Shown: piece after piece, positions 11,325-23,295 of the stretch
Layout: each line of letters starts with the position of its first letter
Numbering within the stretch: the first letter of the stretch is position 1
NCBI GenBank assembly: GCA_004764695.1
Contig: SMSO01000035.1
Location: 4,414,040-4,478,039, forward strand
Reading direction: 5' to 3'
Source: Schizochytrium sp. TIO01
Taxonomy: Eukaryota; Protista; Bigyra: Labyrinthulomycetes
DNA length: 64,000 bases
Notes under the pieces: generated by a model
The model's database searches: none
Told to the model about the DNA's origin: nothing
Seen by the model: only the letters and a program-made list of their open reading frames with translations
Made by a program: the position numbers and the translations under genes

Positions 11325-13274
11325 CTTTCGATTTATTATTACTCATTGAGTCAAAAGTTAATTTCGTTCCTTCTTCCTTCGTCGTTCATCGCAATCTCTC
11401 ACTTCCTTTCTTCCTGTTCCTTTCTTCCTCCATTCCTTCGCAATGAATGAAACTCTTTTTTGGCCAGTAGCCACAATTAGGGCCTTCCTAGGCCATATGC
11501 CTAGGAGGAGTCCTTTTTCAAACCGAATAATCACTACTTTCTAAAATAACAAGAAATGAAACCTGCTGAGTTGTGCCTAACATGCACTTAGCAGTGCCTA
11601 CGTGTTGTTATTTTATTTTATCTCTAAATGAAGAACAAAGAATGATTGAGATTGGCAATCAAAGGGAGAATTTCTACATCTGAAAGGCGACAAAAGTTTT
11701 AAAGTCGAATGAGGAATCGCGATTGAAATTTGAAATAGAAAGAGTGAAAACTGAGCGGGGCTGGCTAGGCGTAACCGGTAGGGGTCGCTAGGCAGTCAGT
11801 TCTCCTTGCTCTCTCTTTAGTCTGTTTGGTTTCCTTCTCTTCTTCTCTTACGATCGAACTTCGAGCGATGAACCACTCCGTTTATTACACGCAGTATTGG
11901 CAATCGAACAACGCTCAGGCGCCAGCAATCCGCATTCGACGAGCGCCTCGGCCGGCAGACCCGCTCGCCCAGCAGGCGCCGCCCCGCCTGGACGTGCGCG
12001 AGACCCCGCTGCTGGCGCGGCTCGCTTGTTCTCGCCTGCCGCTCCTTCGCCGTTGTTGTGGCGCTTTGGACTCTTCGCGTTCTCTCTCCTTCAAACAGAC
12101 AGAGAAACAGAGAAACAAAGAGACAAAGAAACAAAGAGGAAAGAAGATTGCTCGCTTGCTGCTGCTCGCTTGCTGTCGCTCGCAGACCCAGCGCCGTCTC
12201 GAGGCTGCAGGCGGCGACCGCGAGGGTAAAAGGCAGACTGCAGAGCGCAGTTGAACTTTGCCGCGACCGCAGTGCCCCGGATCACTGCCGCAAAACGCCC
12301 GCGGATAGACTCTGAGAGCTGCCGAGGGACTCCATATATTCTATATATTAGGCATCATCGTATTGCAATATTCTCATAGAGAGATATTATAAGAGAAGAA
12401 TATTGCAATCGTGAGTGAGAGTATTCGACATTAGGGGCACATCTGGCGATCTCTGTCGCTGCTGCGAGGAGGTTGTCAAGCTGGACCAAGCTGACTGACT
12501 GCCTTGGTTGGGCTCTTTGGCTTGCTGACGGCTGGCTGCCTGGACAGCTTAGCTAGGCTTGGAGGATAAAGCCTGTTTAATTGCTTCTTGCCACGCGCCA
12601 CAGGACCACTGGGGAAGTCGTCCGCCTGCAGACTGCTCAGCCCGGCTCGCTCAAGATCGGAGGGCGCCACATCGAGAGGTATCTTGTTGACATTGACCCT
12701 GTCCTTCCTGCTTGCTTCGTGATAATTGCAAGCTTTGCATTGAGGCGAGTGTTGTTTTATAGCGAGGCAGCTTTCAGTTTCGAGACCCGACGAAATTCTT
12801 GTCTCGAAGAAAAGCCAATCAGGCCGACTTGCTCCTGCTGAGATTTGTCTTTGGTTGCTGAAGTGCACTGTTCGTGCATTTTCCAGAGACCATCGAGTTG
12901 TGAGTAAAACCAGTTTGCCACACAGTAGGTGCTCCAGTGCACAGAACTTAGTTTCCTAGAGAAGAAGTGCTCGCTGCTTCAGGTCCCATTGTTAGACCCG
13001 GGACACTGCCGGCTTGTTCATACGCGCTATAATCTTCTCGCCTGGAAGCCCAGTGCTGGGGGGAGGGAGTGGGAAGGGGAAGACGGCGCAAAGGCGACTG
13101 TCTGGCTGCTGTGTATAGCTGTTGTCAACAGTTTCCAAACATCTGCTGGAGACGCCACATCAGGCTGTCTCATAATTCTCAAACACCAGCAAACACAAAA
13201 CACTGAACAACTCGACAGAGCAACACTCAGCAGCTATCTTTGATTGCAGGTCTTTAACCTTTGTGGAAAGAATC

Positions 13275-14327
13275 ATGGAGACGCGAAAGGAGCCACTCGG
13301 AAGTCAAAGTATCAGCAGTGACGACGTGGCTTGGCAAACAGTCTGGAGGCTATGCTCACTCAATGGTGCGCAAAGTGAGAAACCTCTCGGCTCACCACAA
13401 GGTCACGTCTCATTGACTCGTTTCAATCTCACAAGGCATCGCACGATTTGCAATCTTCAACCCGGATATTACAAACTTTACATCTTCGTCTACACGGGCG
13501 GCTACAATGATGAGGAAGAACGGAATGCGATGTCGCCTTCTCAGGATACTTCACCTGGCTCAGAACGTTCACCAAGATCAGGTTCCGTAGACTATTCGAA
13601 ATCCAAACATGCTTCGGGACTGCGCAGTGTGATTAAAACAGCAACCTTTGGCCGTATTGGTAAGCTCGAGGTTCGCGCAGACTGGGATCTGGTATCATTT
13701 CCGGACTCTCAGAACAGCATGGAGGCCCAAGGAATGCCTGTGCGTCATTTGCAACACGTTTCAAAAATTGTATCAGTTGAGGATGTTCCCGTCCGGGAAA
13801 TCACCTTCACCATTAGACCAGAGGATGCACCGTGCCAAGCTCTTTTCCGCTTAGCATCTACTTCTACGATGACTTCACTTAATGTTGCCGCACAACTTTA
13901 TCGCCGTGAGGATGACGCATCCATACATGGGGACATGGACTCTATTGCTTCAGATGATGAATTGGCATGCACATCGCCAAAGAATATCAATGGGAATGGG
14001 AAAACCCCAAATGAAAATAACAACAAATCCACTGAAGAAACCATCGCAGCAAAGAGGAACTCAGTCAGCGCAGCTTCTGGCAAAGAAGCTTTAATACCAA
14101 CAGCTGACCGTGTAGATCTTCTCGAAACAGTTCTTTTGGAGGGATCTGATCGTTCACGTGGCCTTTTGCTCACTGCTGCTTTTCTTGGATTTGCTCTGGG
14201 AATCAGTTCTCTATCGTCCGTTTACCTCATGTTCATGTTTTTAGTGATTGCATGCACCGCACAAAGTGGTGGTGGAGTCCTTATTGCAACTCCTTGGGCT
14301 GCTGCCGAAGGCAAGAAGAACCTGTAG
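13275..14327 (+). CDS. Hypothetical protein with C-terminal transmembrane hairpin
   Basis: 350-codon ORF from ATG 13275; beta-rich N-terminal region (LQPGYYKLYIFVY); two hydrophobic segments at the C-terminus; possible acceptor tgattgcag at 13241-13249. Confidence 0.7.
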   Translation: METRKEPLGSQSISSDDVAWQTVWRLCSLNGAQSEKPLGSPQGHVSLTRFNLTRHRTICNLQPGYYKLYIFVYTGGYNDEEERNAMSPSQDTSPGSERSPRSGSVDYSKSKHASGLRSVIKTATFGRIGKLEVRADWDLVSFPDSQNSMEAQGMPVRHLQHVSKIVSVEDVPVREITFTIRPEDAPCQALFRLASTSTMTSLNVAAQLYRREDDASIHGDMDSIASDDELACTSPKNINGNGKTPNENNNKSTEETIAAKRNSVSAASGKEALIPTADRVDLLETVLLEGSDRSRGLLLTAAFLGFALGISSLSSVYLMFMFLVIACTAQSGGGVLIATPWAAAEGKKNL

Positions 14328-15090
14328 AAGAAAAATACAAAACAACCCATGAGCCAAGCAACTACCAGCGTACCATACCTAATGACTGAATTGGCTTGAT
14401 TGACTGCCTTTCAGTTCGACACGAACCTGCAAAAACCAAAAATGTTTCCATTTAGTACTAAGAAGTGATCTGAAGAGCATCACTTCCATTTGTATTTGAT
14501 TTTTTAATCCTTCTGCCACATCCCGCTTCTCGATACGCTCATCTTACTCACAGTCAGAGAGCAAGTACTGTTCCATGGTCTTGACCCTTATTGAAAGAAC
14601 ATACAGGAACTCCTATATACCAGTTCTTGGCTCTCTTAGAGAGTCATTCGAGCTCTTCAAGATTGCATATTTTAGAAACCGTTGTAAACATAGGTAGGTG
14701 AGTCTATTATACCCCAGTTTAATCGCAACAGCAGTATGGAAGCTCTGGCTTTGAAACGTTCAATAATCTTTATCCATCAACAGGCTTGCATTTTTCATCT
14801 TATAAAAGCCTTCATCTTGCATCTTGCGTTTCATTCGTGTTCTTTCTATGTGCCCTCCAACCATCTAAGGCCTAAGCAACTACAATAACTCACAGGTGTT
14901 GCACCAGGGAAAAGTCCAAGTCTAGGGCAAGGAGCTTTATTGGAATCTATTCATCTTTTACATCCTACCTACCCGTCATTAGCAGGCGCATAGGAAAGAC
15001 TACTTAACCTAAGAATAACGAAGACGAAAAAAGGAGGTTGGAGCGGGTAAAATCAAATCGTGAACTACACTCCCCTAAGTCAAAATCAAG

Positions 15091-16634
15091 ATGGCTGGAA
15101 CTAGTCACGCGAAGGCGCGAAGATCTCTCGCGCGGATTTCTGTGCTGTGCGTTGCACTGATTCTTGTGGTACTTTCCCTTTCGCAAGTAGGAGCGCACGA
15201 TGTGGCTTGTGCGCATGAGGACTGCCGTGTCCCAGAGACCAAGGATACGAAAGTAAAGGACGCCTCGGCTCGCACGCTTGCTGGACAGCATGTACATGAT
15301 AACAATGTAGACGACCATGACCATGAACATGATGACCATGATCATGGCCACGACCATGATGACCATGATCATGACCACGATCATGACCACGATGGCCACG
15401 ATCATGACCACGATGACCACGATCATGACCACGATGGCCATGACCATGACCACGATCATGACCACGGTGACCACGGTGACCACGATGACCACGAACACGA
15501 TCATGATGACCATGGGCCACGATCACGACCATGATAGCCACGACCATCACCATGACAGCCATGGCCACGATCACGATCACGATCACGATCACGATGACCA
15601 CGACCATGAGCATGTTCACGCGCACGGATTGGAGGCAGATACTTTGGTAGGCGGCAAGGCCATGTTCAAGAAAATCATTGCCGAGCTTAACAAACACAGT
15701 CTTCAAAATAAAGCTCTGGGTGCTACCATCTTTGTGACGCTTGGAGGCAATGCAGTCATTTTGTTGTTTCCTCTTCTTTAAGGTGAGCAAGGCACAGCTG
15801 AATGTAATGGTTGCCTTTGCTGTTGGTGGTCTTTTAGGTGATGTCTTTTTGCATCTTATTCCGCATGCACTGGAGGCACAAGCTTCCAGCGGTAGTGGAT
15901 CCCATGAACATGGGCATTCACACGGGCATTCACATGGTCACTTGCACGAAGAAGAATCAGGTGAGCATGTTCATGATCTTACTGTTGGTTTGGCAGTGTT
16001 GGGTGGTATTCTTTCTTTCTTTCTTATTGAGAAGCTTCTGCGTGTCGCTGGCCGAAGCAGTGGGATGCATGGCCACAGCCACAACGATGATCCTGTGGCA
16101 CGCAAAAAGAAGGATGATGATGCACCGGATGTGGATGAGCATGAACAACACCACATCACGCCTCTCATTTTTGGCCTTCGCCCTGGTGCCATTCTGAATA
16201 TGGCCGCAGACACCGTTCATAACTTTACCGATGGCATGGCTTTGGCAGCAGCTTTTCAGACTGGAGATGCAGTGGGTTTAACCATGACAATTGCTGTGCT
16301 TGTGCATGAAGTACCCCACGAGCTTGGCGATTTCGCAGTGCTCCTTGCACAGGGATTTTCCAAATGGGGCGCCTTCCGCGCTCAGTTTGTATCTGCTATC
16401 GGTGCACTGCTCGGGTGCTACTTTGGTGTTGCTGTTAGCTCCTCGCAGCCCGCAGTGATCTTGTCATTTACAGCTGGAGGCTTTATTTACATTGCGCTAG
16501 TGTCGATTGTGCCGGATTTGCTTGAAGAGCCTGCTACTCTGACAAACACATTTTTGCAATGTTTAGCTGCGTGCGCTGGCATCTACATGATGATCATTAT
16601 TGCTGATCTCGAGGCACAAACACATGCGCATTAG
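15091..16634 (+). CDS. SLC39A7: ZIP (LIV-1/KE4, ZIP7-like) zinc transporter with His/Asp-rich ectodomain; two +1 frameshifts (about 15514 and about 15767-15779), about 513 aa if restored
   Basis: Signal peptide then (DH)n tract; AFAVGGLLGDVFLHLIPHA, ADTVHNFTDGMAL and HEVPHELGDFAVL motifs; ORFs 15091-15534, 15317-15781 and 15741-16634 join by successive +1 shifts. Confidence 0.9.
15310..15612 (+). repeat. Coding 6/9-bp GACCAT/CACGAT repeat encoding an (Asp-His)n tract
   Basis: gaccatgaccatgaacatgatgaccatgatcatggccacgaccatgat... Confidence 0.9.
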
Positions 16635-18104
16635 CTCAGAGATGTTATGCTGCTTCCGCAATTAATGCTGCTTCAGAAATTGGTGCGATCGAACCTAATA
16701 ATCCATATATCTATCGGATGAATTCACATCCGTGTTCGAAATGTAATAGGACTATGAGAATCTTCTTCTTTTGCATTCTTTAATTTTTTTAATTTAAAAC
16801 AAACAACCATTCGCAAAGATAGATCTTTTTTGGCGATGTGTCTTATCGTACTTGAATTCCTCATGCGCTCCTTCTCCAATCAAAATGACTTAATTCCCAG
16901 CCACATAACACCTGGCCCCGCCACCCCATACGGTAGAATATAATATCAATGGCTGATTCTCGCCTTGGAATCTCGGCTTAATAGTTGAACATGCTATCGC
17001 CAGGGTTTGCGACGTCTTCATCACAATGTGGTTCTGGCTTGCATGATCATCTTTGCAGCACAGAACCGTACCCTCAACAACAAACACACCCAGAGTTCAT
17101 GCTGGCAAATCCTTTCACCTCAGCCAGACCTTCTCCATCGCCCACCGCAGCAGGGCTTGGCGGTAGGAAGGCCCTCGCCAGCTCGCCAGCCAGCTAGCTA
17201 GCTTGCTCGCTAGGTACTACCTTCAGGGTCACTTCTGAGTCGTTCGAGCCTTGCATGAGAACACTTGCAGCAGCAGCTTCCAAGGGGCGGACAGAGGCCA
17301 TCTTGAGCGAGGCCTCAGTCTCCCCTGGTTCCCATCTCCTTCGAATGTACGCTACGGGCTTCGCTCAGTTCGACTCGAAGCTGGTTCCAGGGCTGAAGCA
17401 GCTGATGAGCGAGTTCTGGCTCTGAGGTCGGTCTCAGAGCGTGCTCCGGAGGCAGTCGCGGCAGCAACGTCATCCATCCCGCCTGAGGCCATTTCCTCGA
17501 GAGGCGCTGAAGAAGTATCGCATCGATCGCCGCATTATTGCGATTTGCTCGCAGAGAGAGAGACAGACTGAGAGAGGGCCTCGACGCAAAGGAGAACAGA
17601 AGGCTGTAGGGCCCCTAGCTGTGCCGGTAGCAGTGAAAAGAACGCGCTGTCTCGCCAACGAGAACGCTCAGACTTAGAGAAAGAAATTCAGAAATTCAGA
17701 AATTCAGAATTTTAGAAATTTAGAAAGAAAGAACTCGAAAGAAAGTCCTTCGATCCCCTCAGTTAATGCGGATTCACATCATCTTCTTCTGCCGTTCCCT
17801 GTTATGTAGTGGTGGTAGTAGTAGTAGCAGTAGTGAGGACCATTGATTGTTGTGCTTCTTTCATGAGAGCTGAAGAGTTGAGAGAGGCACAGGAATCTCT
17901 CTCTCTCTCTCTCTCTGTCTCTGTCTCTCTTTATCTTCGACCTGTGAAGACCACGAAACACAGGTTTGTTTGGGAATGGATGTGCATTGTGGCGAATTGA
18001 GTTGAGTTGAACGTCTGCGATCGTCTGCGTCGAGGAAACCATCGATCGCCCACCGAGTTTGGCGATCTACGCCATGGCCAGGAAGCAGTCTATGCGAGCA
18101 CGCA

Positions 18105-18172
18105 TTATGAGTGAATGCATTTATGAGTGAATGCGTTTATGAGTGAATGCGTTTATGAATGAATGCGTTTAT
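18105..18172. repeat. 16-bp minisatellite (tttatgagtgaatgcg), about 4 copies
   Basis: Direct inspection. Confidence 0.8.
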
Positions 18173-18452
18173 GTTTGTATGAATCATATGCAGACTTTGT
18201 CTTCGGATTGGCAAAGCTCTCGCGTCTGGGAAACAGAGTTTGGGAGCTCTCTCGGGAGACCTGGAGAACCTCCCTTCGCAGGAACCCACTTAGAGGCGAG
18301 CACGCACCGTGCTTCGAGGCTGGTCTCTCGCGTTCCTGCAGCGCCTCTGAGAGAACCTGCATTGGCGCTGCTGTTGGCGCTGTTGTTGGAGCTCCACGGT
18401 ATCGATTGTTCTTCGTGGTTCGTGATGAGCGAAGAGAGGAAAGCTCACAAAG

Positions 18453-18532
18453 CAAAAGAAAAGAAATGAAAAGAAAAGAAAAGAAAAGAAAAGAAAAGAA
18501 AAGAAAAGAAAAGAAAAGAAAAGCAAAGAAAA
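18453..18532. repeat. (AAAAG)n microsatellite; a second purine tract lies at about 18926-19020
   Basis: Direct inspection. Confidence 0.9.
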
Positions 18533-19176
18533 GAAGGAGGCAGCCATATGAACTGCGGTGTTCTGTTCTAATGCAGGGGACTCATAGTAGTATCTAGGGG
18601 CTACATAGGCTCGTGGCAGTGGAACAGGGCTTAGATACTAGCTTAGGTGGTTATTAGGTATGAGAGAGAGGGAGAGTAGGAGATAGATAGATAGATAGCG
18701 ATAGGAGTATGGAGCTTCTTGAATTTCTAGCGGCAAATCTCTCTGTCTCCACTCTCGCGCTTCGTCGTTCGCAGCGATCAGGCATAGAGAAGGGAGTGGA
18801 CGAGCGTGTTCTGATACTGCGGAGTGGAGCTTGGGCTAGATTAGGGCAATCGAGGATCGTTCTTCAATGGAGTTGGGAAGAAAAGGAGGCATAAGGGGAA
18901 AGCAGCAACCTTCAAGTTGGTTTATAAAGGAAAGGAAAGGAAAGGAAAGAAAGGAAAGAAAAGAAAAGAAAGAAAAGAAAAGAAAAGAACAGAAAGAAAA
19001 GAAAAGTAAAATAGAGGAAAAGCACATAGAAAGAAACAAAGGAACAAACTCCGCAAAGGGAAAGCAAACCAATCCAAACACGAGACGGCAGCACCCACAG
19101 CACCTGCGACAACCTTGAACTGCTTTCTGTATCGCCCTTCTTCGTGAACCCCTTCTGTCCACTCATACCCTCCAAG

Positions 19177-19509
19177 ATGGCCTCCCTGGGATCGCTCGTG
19201 ACCTCCCGCGGCTTCTCCGCTGCTGCTGCTGCCTCCGAGGGCGCCAATGGCGCTGAGGTCCGCGCGCTTTTCCGCCGCTTCCTTCGCGCTGCTCACAACT
19301 TTGGCGACTACAACCTTCGCGAGTACACCAAGCGCCGTGCTAAGGAGGAGTTCCGCGCCAACGCCTCCGCCACCTCTGCCGAGGTGCCCAAGCTTGTGGC
19401 CCGCGCCGCTGGCGACCTCGAGGTGGTGGAGCGCCAGGCAGCCATCTCCAAGCTCTTTAAGCACGCCAACTCTGTCATGGACCTCGCCCCTAGCAAGCGC
19501 GTGGCATAA
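19177..19509 (+). CDS. LYRM4: LYR-motif protein ISD11/LYRM4 (mitochondrial Fe-S cluster assembly, NFS1 partner)
   Basis: VRALFRRFLRAAHNFGDYNLREYTKRRAKEEFRAN..DLEVVERQAAISKLF matches ISD11 (LYR..L..A..F..YNYREY..RR....FR.N...L..I.RQ..I..LY); strong C-ending codon bias; ATG at 19177. Confidence 0.9.
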   Translation: MASLGSLVTSRGFSAAAAASEGANGAEVRALFRRFLRAAHNFGDYNLREYTKRRAKEEFRANASATSAEVPKLVARAAGDLEVVERQAAISKLFKHANSVMDLAPSKRVA

Positions 19510-19863
19510 GGCGCTGGCGGCTTAGCTGAGCCCAGTATTTTTGTTCGTCTTTGTTGTTCGGCCGATCGTCGATCATATTGATCACCATTGATTGAGCCAT
19601 TCATCATTTGATCCATCTTCGAGCAATCCATTATTAACTACGAGTGAAGCAGAAGAAATCAACGGAAGCTACTTAAGACCAGCCCCTATTGGAAAGGGAT
19701 TTTCTTTCTAGCAACTCGGTGTGAAACATTCTATCAAGATGTCAACATTGATGCAGGTCAACCAGAGGAAGCATCTGTTGTGCTCTCTTTTGCTCGCGAG
19801 TAAAAATTTGGATATTAAATCTCATGGTGAGATTTATCTTTGATTCGGATCGAATTATCATTA

Positions 19864-19917
19864 ATCACCATCATCACCATCACCATTGCCATCATCACCA
19901 TCCTCATCATCATCATT
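19864..19917. repeat. (CAT/CAC)n trinucleotide microsatellite, intergenic
   Basis: atcaccatcatcaccatcaccattgccatcatcaccatcctcatcatcatcatt. Confidence 0.85.
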
Positions 19918-20676
19918 ACGTATGGCCGCTCGGTCATTTTATGAACCAGTCACCGCGTGTGATAGTTTGTTGCTTGCCTGGGGGGTTACGTAGGACGCGG
20001 TGTTTTTGAGACCACACGAGGAGCACCTACCACATATAGAGTAAAGAGGTTAGCAAGGTTTGGTGGACGTTGCTTTCTTTGCTGTTGTGGTCATTTGCAA
20101 CCGTTATAGTCTAGCACTTCCGTCGTCTGTCTCAACTTCATACTTCATCTACCCTTTTAAAAACCAAGTATTCTTCTCTACAGTATTAAGAACCTTTTCT
20201 AGCTCACTTCCACTTGCCACATATTACTAAGCAGTAAAATGTTTCTATCGCAGCTACTGTGAAAAACATCCATTCTCTGTGAAAATACTATTTCTATAAC
20301 TCTTTAGCTACAGGCTTTATCGAGAGCTCTCTTCTAAATAACAGGATGTGTCAACTGTATTTATGCGAACTACACGGAATAAATTCCGCATTATTTTCGC
20401 ACCAACTTTCGATTGAAGAGGTACAAAATCCCTTGCTTGCACTAGGTCGTACAAAGTCATCATTTCTCCTACATTTATCAAGTCCTGCAAATGCTAGCGA
20501 CAAGAAGGGAATTCAAGCAAATGGGTTTTGATCTGACTCCGTCACACAGCAGAAAGGAAAAGAGAGAAGGTCAATATTTGTTCCCACCAAAAATGTATCC
20601 GTCGCAACTTAAAAAGAGAAAGTTAAGAAAAAAAAAAAGTATGTATAAAGTTGTATATCTAAAACATTTTCAACCC

Positions 20677-20734
20677 GCTGCGCGCTGAGGGGTACCGTGT
20701 ATTTACGGAGGAACCCAGTCGCAGAGCTTTTTTT
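20677..20734 (+). ncRNA. Candidate small hairpin RNA ending in T7 (Pol III-like); unverified
   Basis: GC-rich segment folds as ctgcg/cgcag, gctg/cagt, gg/cc, ccgtg/tacgg; T7 at 20728-20734; TATAAA at 20644-20649. Confidence 0.25.
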
Positions 20735-21539
20735 CCGTGTTTGTCTCACGTCAGCAGCACGATCTGAGGGGCAAGATTACACAAATAGTTACCAATGCAA
20801 CACTAAGCATGGGAATGCAATGGCTGACAAGTACTTTCCAAAAGTGCATAAGGCAACCCCTAAGTGACCAATGGCAGCAACTATGGGTGACAACGCCTCG
20901 TGCAAGTAGGTAAGTCTGAGGATGCGAATCAGTATCTCCAACAAGCACCAGCCAATGACACAAAGCAACATGACAGCTAGCCAAGGTTGAATTAATCATA
21001 TGAACAGCGCATATTAGTTATACATTTTCTCCATTCAAATAAAAAAACTTGTTGTAATTCGCCACTTGGAGATGGTATTTGATATCTTGTCACTAATAAT
21101 GCCACCTGCATTCGCATGGGATCTTTAAAAGGCAAACTTCCGTACGTATGACGTTTGCTTCTCACATAAAGCGAGGAGAAAGAAGAAAGTAGAGAAAATT
21201 AAACAGAGAAAGGGAGAGAGAGAGGAGGAGAGGATATCGCTGCGGCGTGTGTTGATCTTGATAAAAGAAGATCGAAAGCGGGGGAGGTCTCCTCCGTATA
21301 TGTGGAGTGACCAATGAAGAGCGATGCAATAAAATGCATAAGTGTATATTTGGGAATGTGTATGGTTGCATGTATGCATGTATGTAAGTAAGAAGGTAGG
21401 AACGTAAGAAACGAAGAGAAGAGAGAAAGTAGATGTGGGAAAACACCTACCGCGAGAAGAAGAATTATCAACAGGTCGCAACGTGCGCCCATTTGCAGAG
21501 TGAATGCTTTGTGATTTTCATACATTAAATCAATCCTGA

Positions 21540-22199
21540 TCAGGTTCCTCTGCGGAGGTTGTTGAGGCGGGCCTCAAGATCACTCACAGCAGCATCCTCT
21601 GCAGCGTCGGCAGACACCATTGCGGGCTGCTTCTCTTGGGCAGCCGGCTCATTGACCGCTCCCTGGGGCGCTGCCTGCAGATCGTCGTGCATTCTAACAC
21701 CGATCTCGTCGAGAACCTGGCTGACAATAGCGTCTTCCTCCTCCTCGTCGGCATCGTCAAATGCATCATCCATGACATCATTCATCATCTCTTCAGTGAG
21801 TCCAACCTTCTCGTTCTCCATCTCAAACTCGTGGACCATCTTGGAGAGACTGCTGGCGTTCATCTTTTTGTTCATGCGCTTCATCTGTTTGGTCATCTTG
21901 CCCATTGCAAGGCCCATTTCATGCTGAGTTTTGATGGTCTGCATTTTCAGAGATAGACTTTGAAGATTGCTTCGCATAACATAGAACTTGGAAATGTACT
22001 GTCTCGTGCGCACAAGGTCCTTGGCCATCACTCGCACGGCCTGCATTTCTCCCTTTTCAGCAAGTTTTTTGATGTCGCGTTCAAGCTTGACCTGCTCCCG
22101 CTCCAACGATGTGCGTTCGCGATCCATCTCACGGATCGCACGGTTGATCATGCGCTTGTTCGAGCGCATCTGCTCTTGAAGAGTCATACGGTTGCCCAT
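21540..22199 (-). CDS. VPS2: ESCRT-III subunit Vps2/CHMP2A (Snf7 family)
   Basis: NKRMINRAIREMDRER..AVRVMAKDLVRTRQYISKFY..EEMMNDVMDD..VSQVLDEIGV; C-terminal MIM1 DLEARLNNLRR. Confidence 0.95.
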   Translation of the reverse strand: MGNRMTLQEQMRSNKRMINRAIREMDRERTSLEREQVKLERDIKKLAEKGEMQAVRVMAKDLVRTRQYISKFYVMRSNLQSLSLKMQTIKTQHEMGLAMGKMTKQMKRMNKKMNASSLSKMVHEFEMENEKVGLTEEMMNDVMDDAFDDADEEEEDAIVSQVLDEIGVRMHDDLQAAPQGAVNEPAAQEKQPAMVSADAAEDAAVSDLEARLNNLRRGT

Positions 22200-23233
22200 C
22201 TCGCTTCTTCGCTTCGAGTTTGCTGTTACACCTCCGCGGCCTCCTTCTCTTCCCGGCGTGCTCGCCTAAGTCTCAACGCCTGTGAACCTCTGCCTGCGGG
22301 TCTTCTCTCGGTCCTTCCCAACCGCTGCCTGGGCCTTTGTCTGCCTTTGTCTACGCAGCTAGCGAGCTAGTGTTCTGCTGCCTCCTGGTCTCAGCTCTGA
22401 GTCGCTCCTCGGCTTCTTCGCCTTCTTCCTCTTCCTCAGCTCTCTTTCTCTCTCTTTCTCTCTCTTTCTCTCTCTCTTTGATCACAATTCTCTGAAGCGC
22501 CCTTCTACCGTTATGCCTAGCTAGCTGGCTAGCTGGCTATCAGTTCGTTTATTTTAATTTTATTTTGATTTGGAGCGAGTAGGACTAGACTACCTCCTAC
22601 TCCTACTAAGTAGTAGGTACAACTGGGCATTTCCTCCTTCGACTTGTTGCAGCATCTGAAGATGATCGAGCTTAGAATATTGGCACTTGCTGCGCTGCGT
22701 GTTTATCCTTCACATCACTAGATTGCTATTAGGTCCTCCTTCTTGATGATAGCTTGTGTGACTCTCCTGTCTTCTCGGGCCTCATTCGTACCATTGCATA
22801 ATTGGTATTGCTGACTTCTTCTTCATCTTCTCTCATGTGCACTCTCCGTCTCTTTTCCAGCGCACTCTTAGTTTGATATTTTTCATTCCTTTTTATTAAG
22901 TGGTACCTAAGGACCCCATGTACTGATAACTAGTACAAAGCTAGTAGTAGAACGCAGATAGAAAGGAGGTAGTCATGGGTAGTAGGTACGAAGTACCCAC
23001 TTCCAGCAGCCACATGGTTCATCGTTTACAATTTGCAGCAAGCCTACCTAGCCGGGGGGTTCATGAAACGCACTAGTGGATCTTCTCCTCGGCCAGATTG
23101 CCAATGCATGCATGCATACATACATGCATTTGTGTCGCATTGAATCTGCCTGTAATCAAATCCAACGAATCAGGCAACTCCAGTTTCTTGTTTGTGTTTG
23201 TTGTGCCCTGAATGTACCAAGAGCAGGCCCCTT

Positions 23234-23295
23234 AGCTAGCTCTAGCTAGCTCTAGCTAGCTCTAGCTAGCTCTAGCTAGCTCTAGCTAGCTCTAG
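23234..23295. repeat. 10-bp tandem repeat (TAGCTAGCTC), about 6 copies
   Basis: tagctagctc tagctagctc ... tag. Confidence 0.9.

Noticed and set aside
15782-15787. GTGAGC donor-like site at the second ZIP frameshift
   Set aside because: The stop codon precedes it and the downstream sequence encodes the conserved TM motif directly, so an intron here does not repair the frame
15004-15790. Antisense and alternative-frame ORFs rich in M/V/I, M/T or G/H/R
   Set aside because: Shadows of the His-Asp coding repeat, apart from the 15517-15778 part that belongs to the ZIP gene
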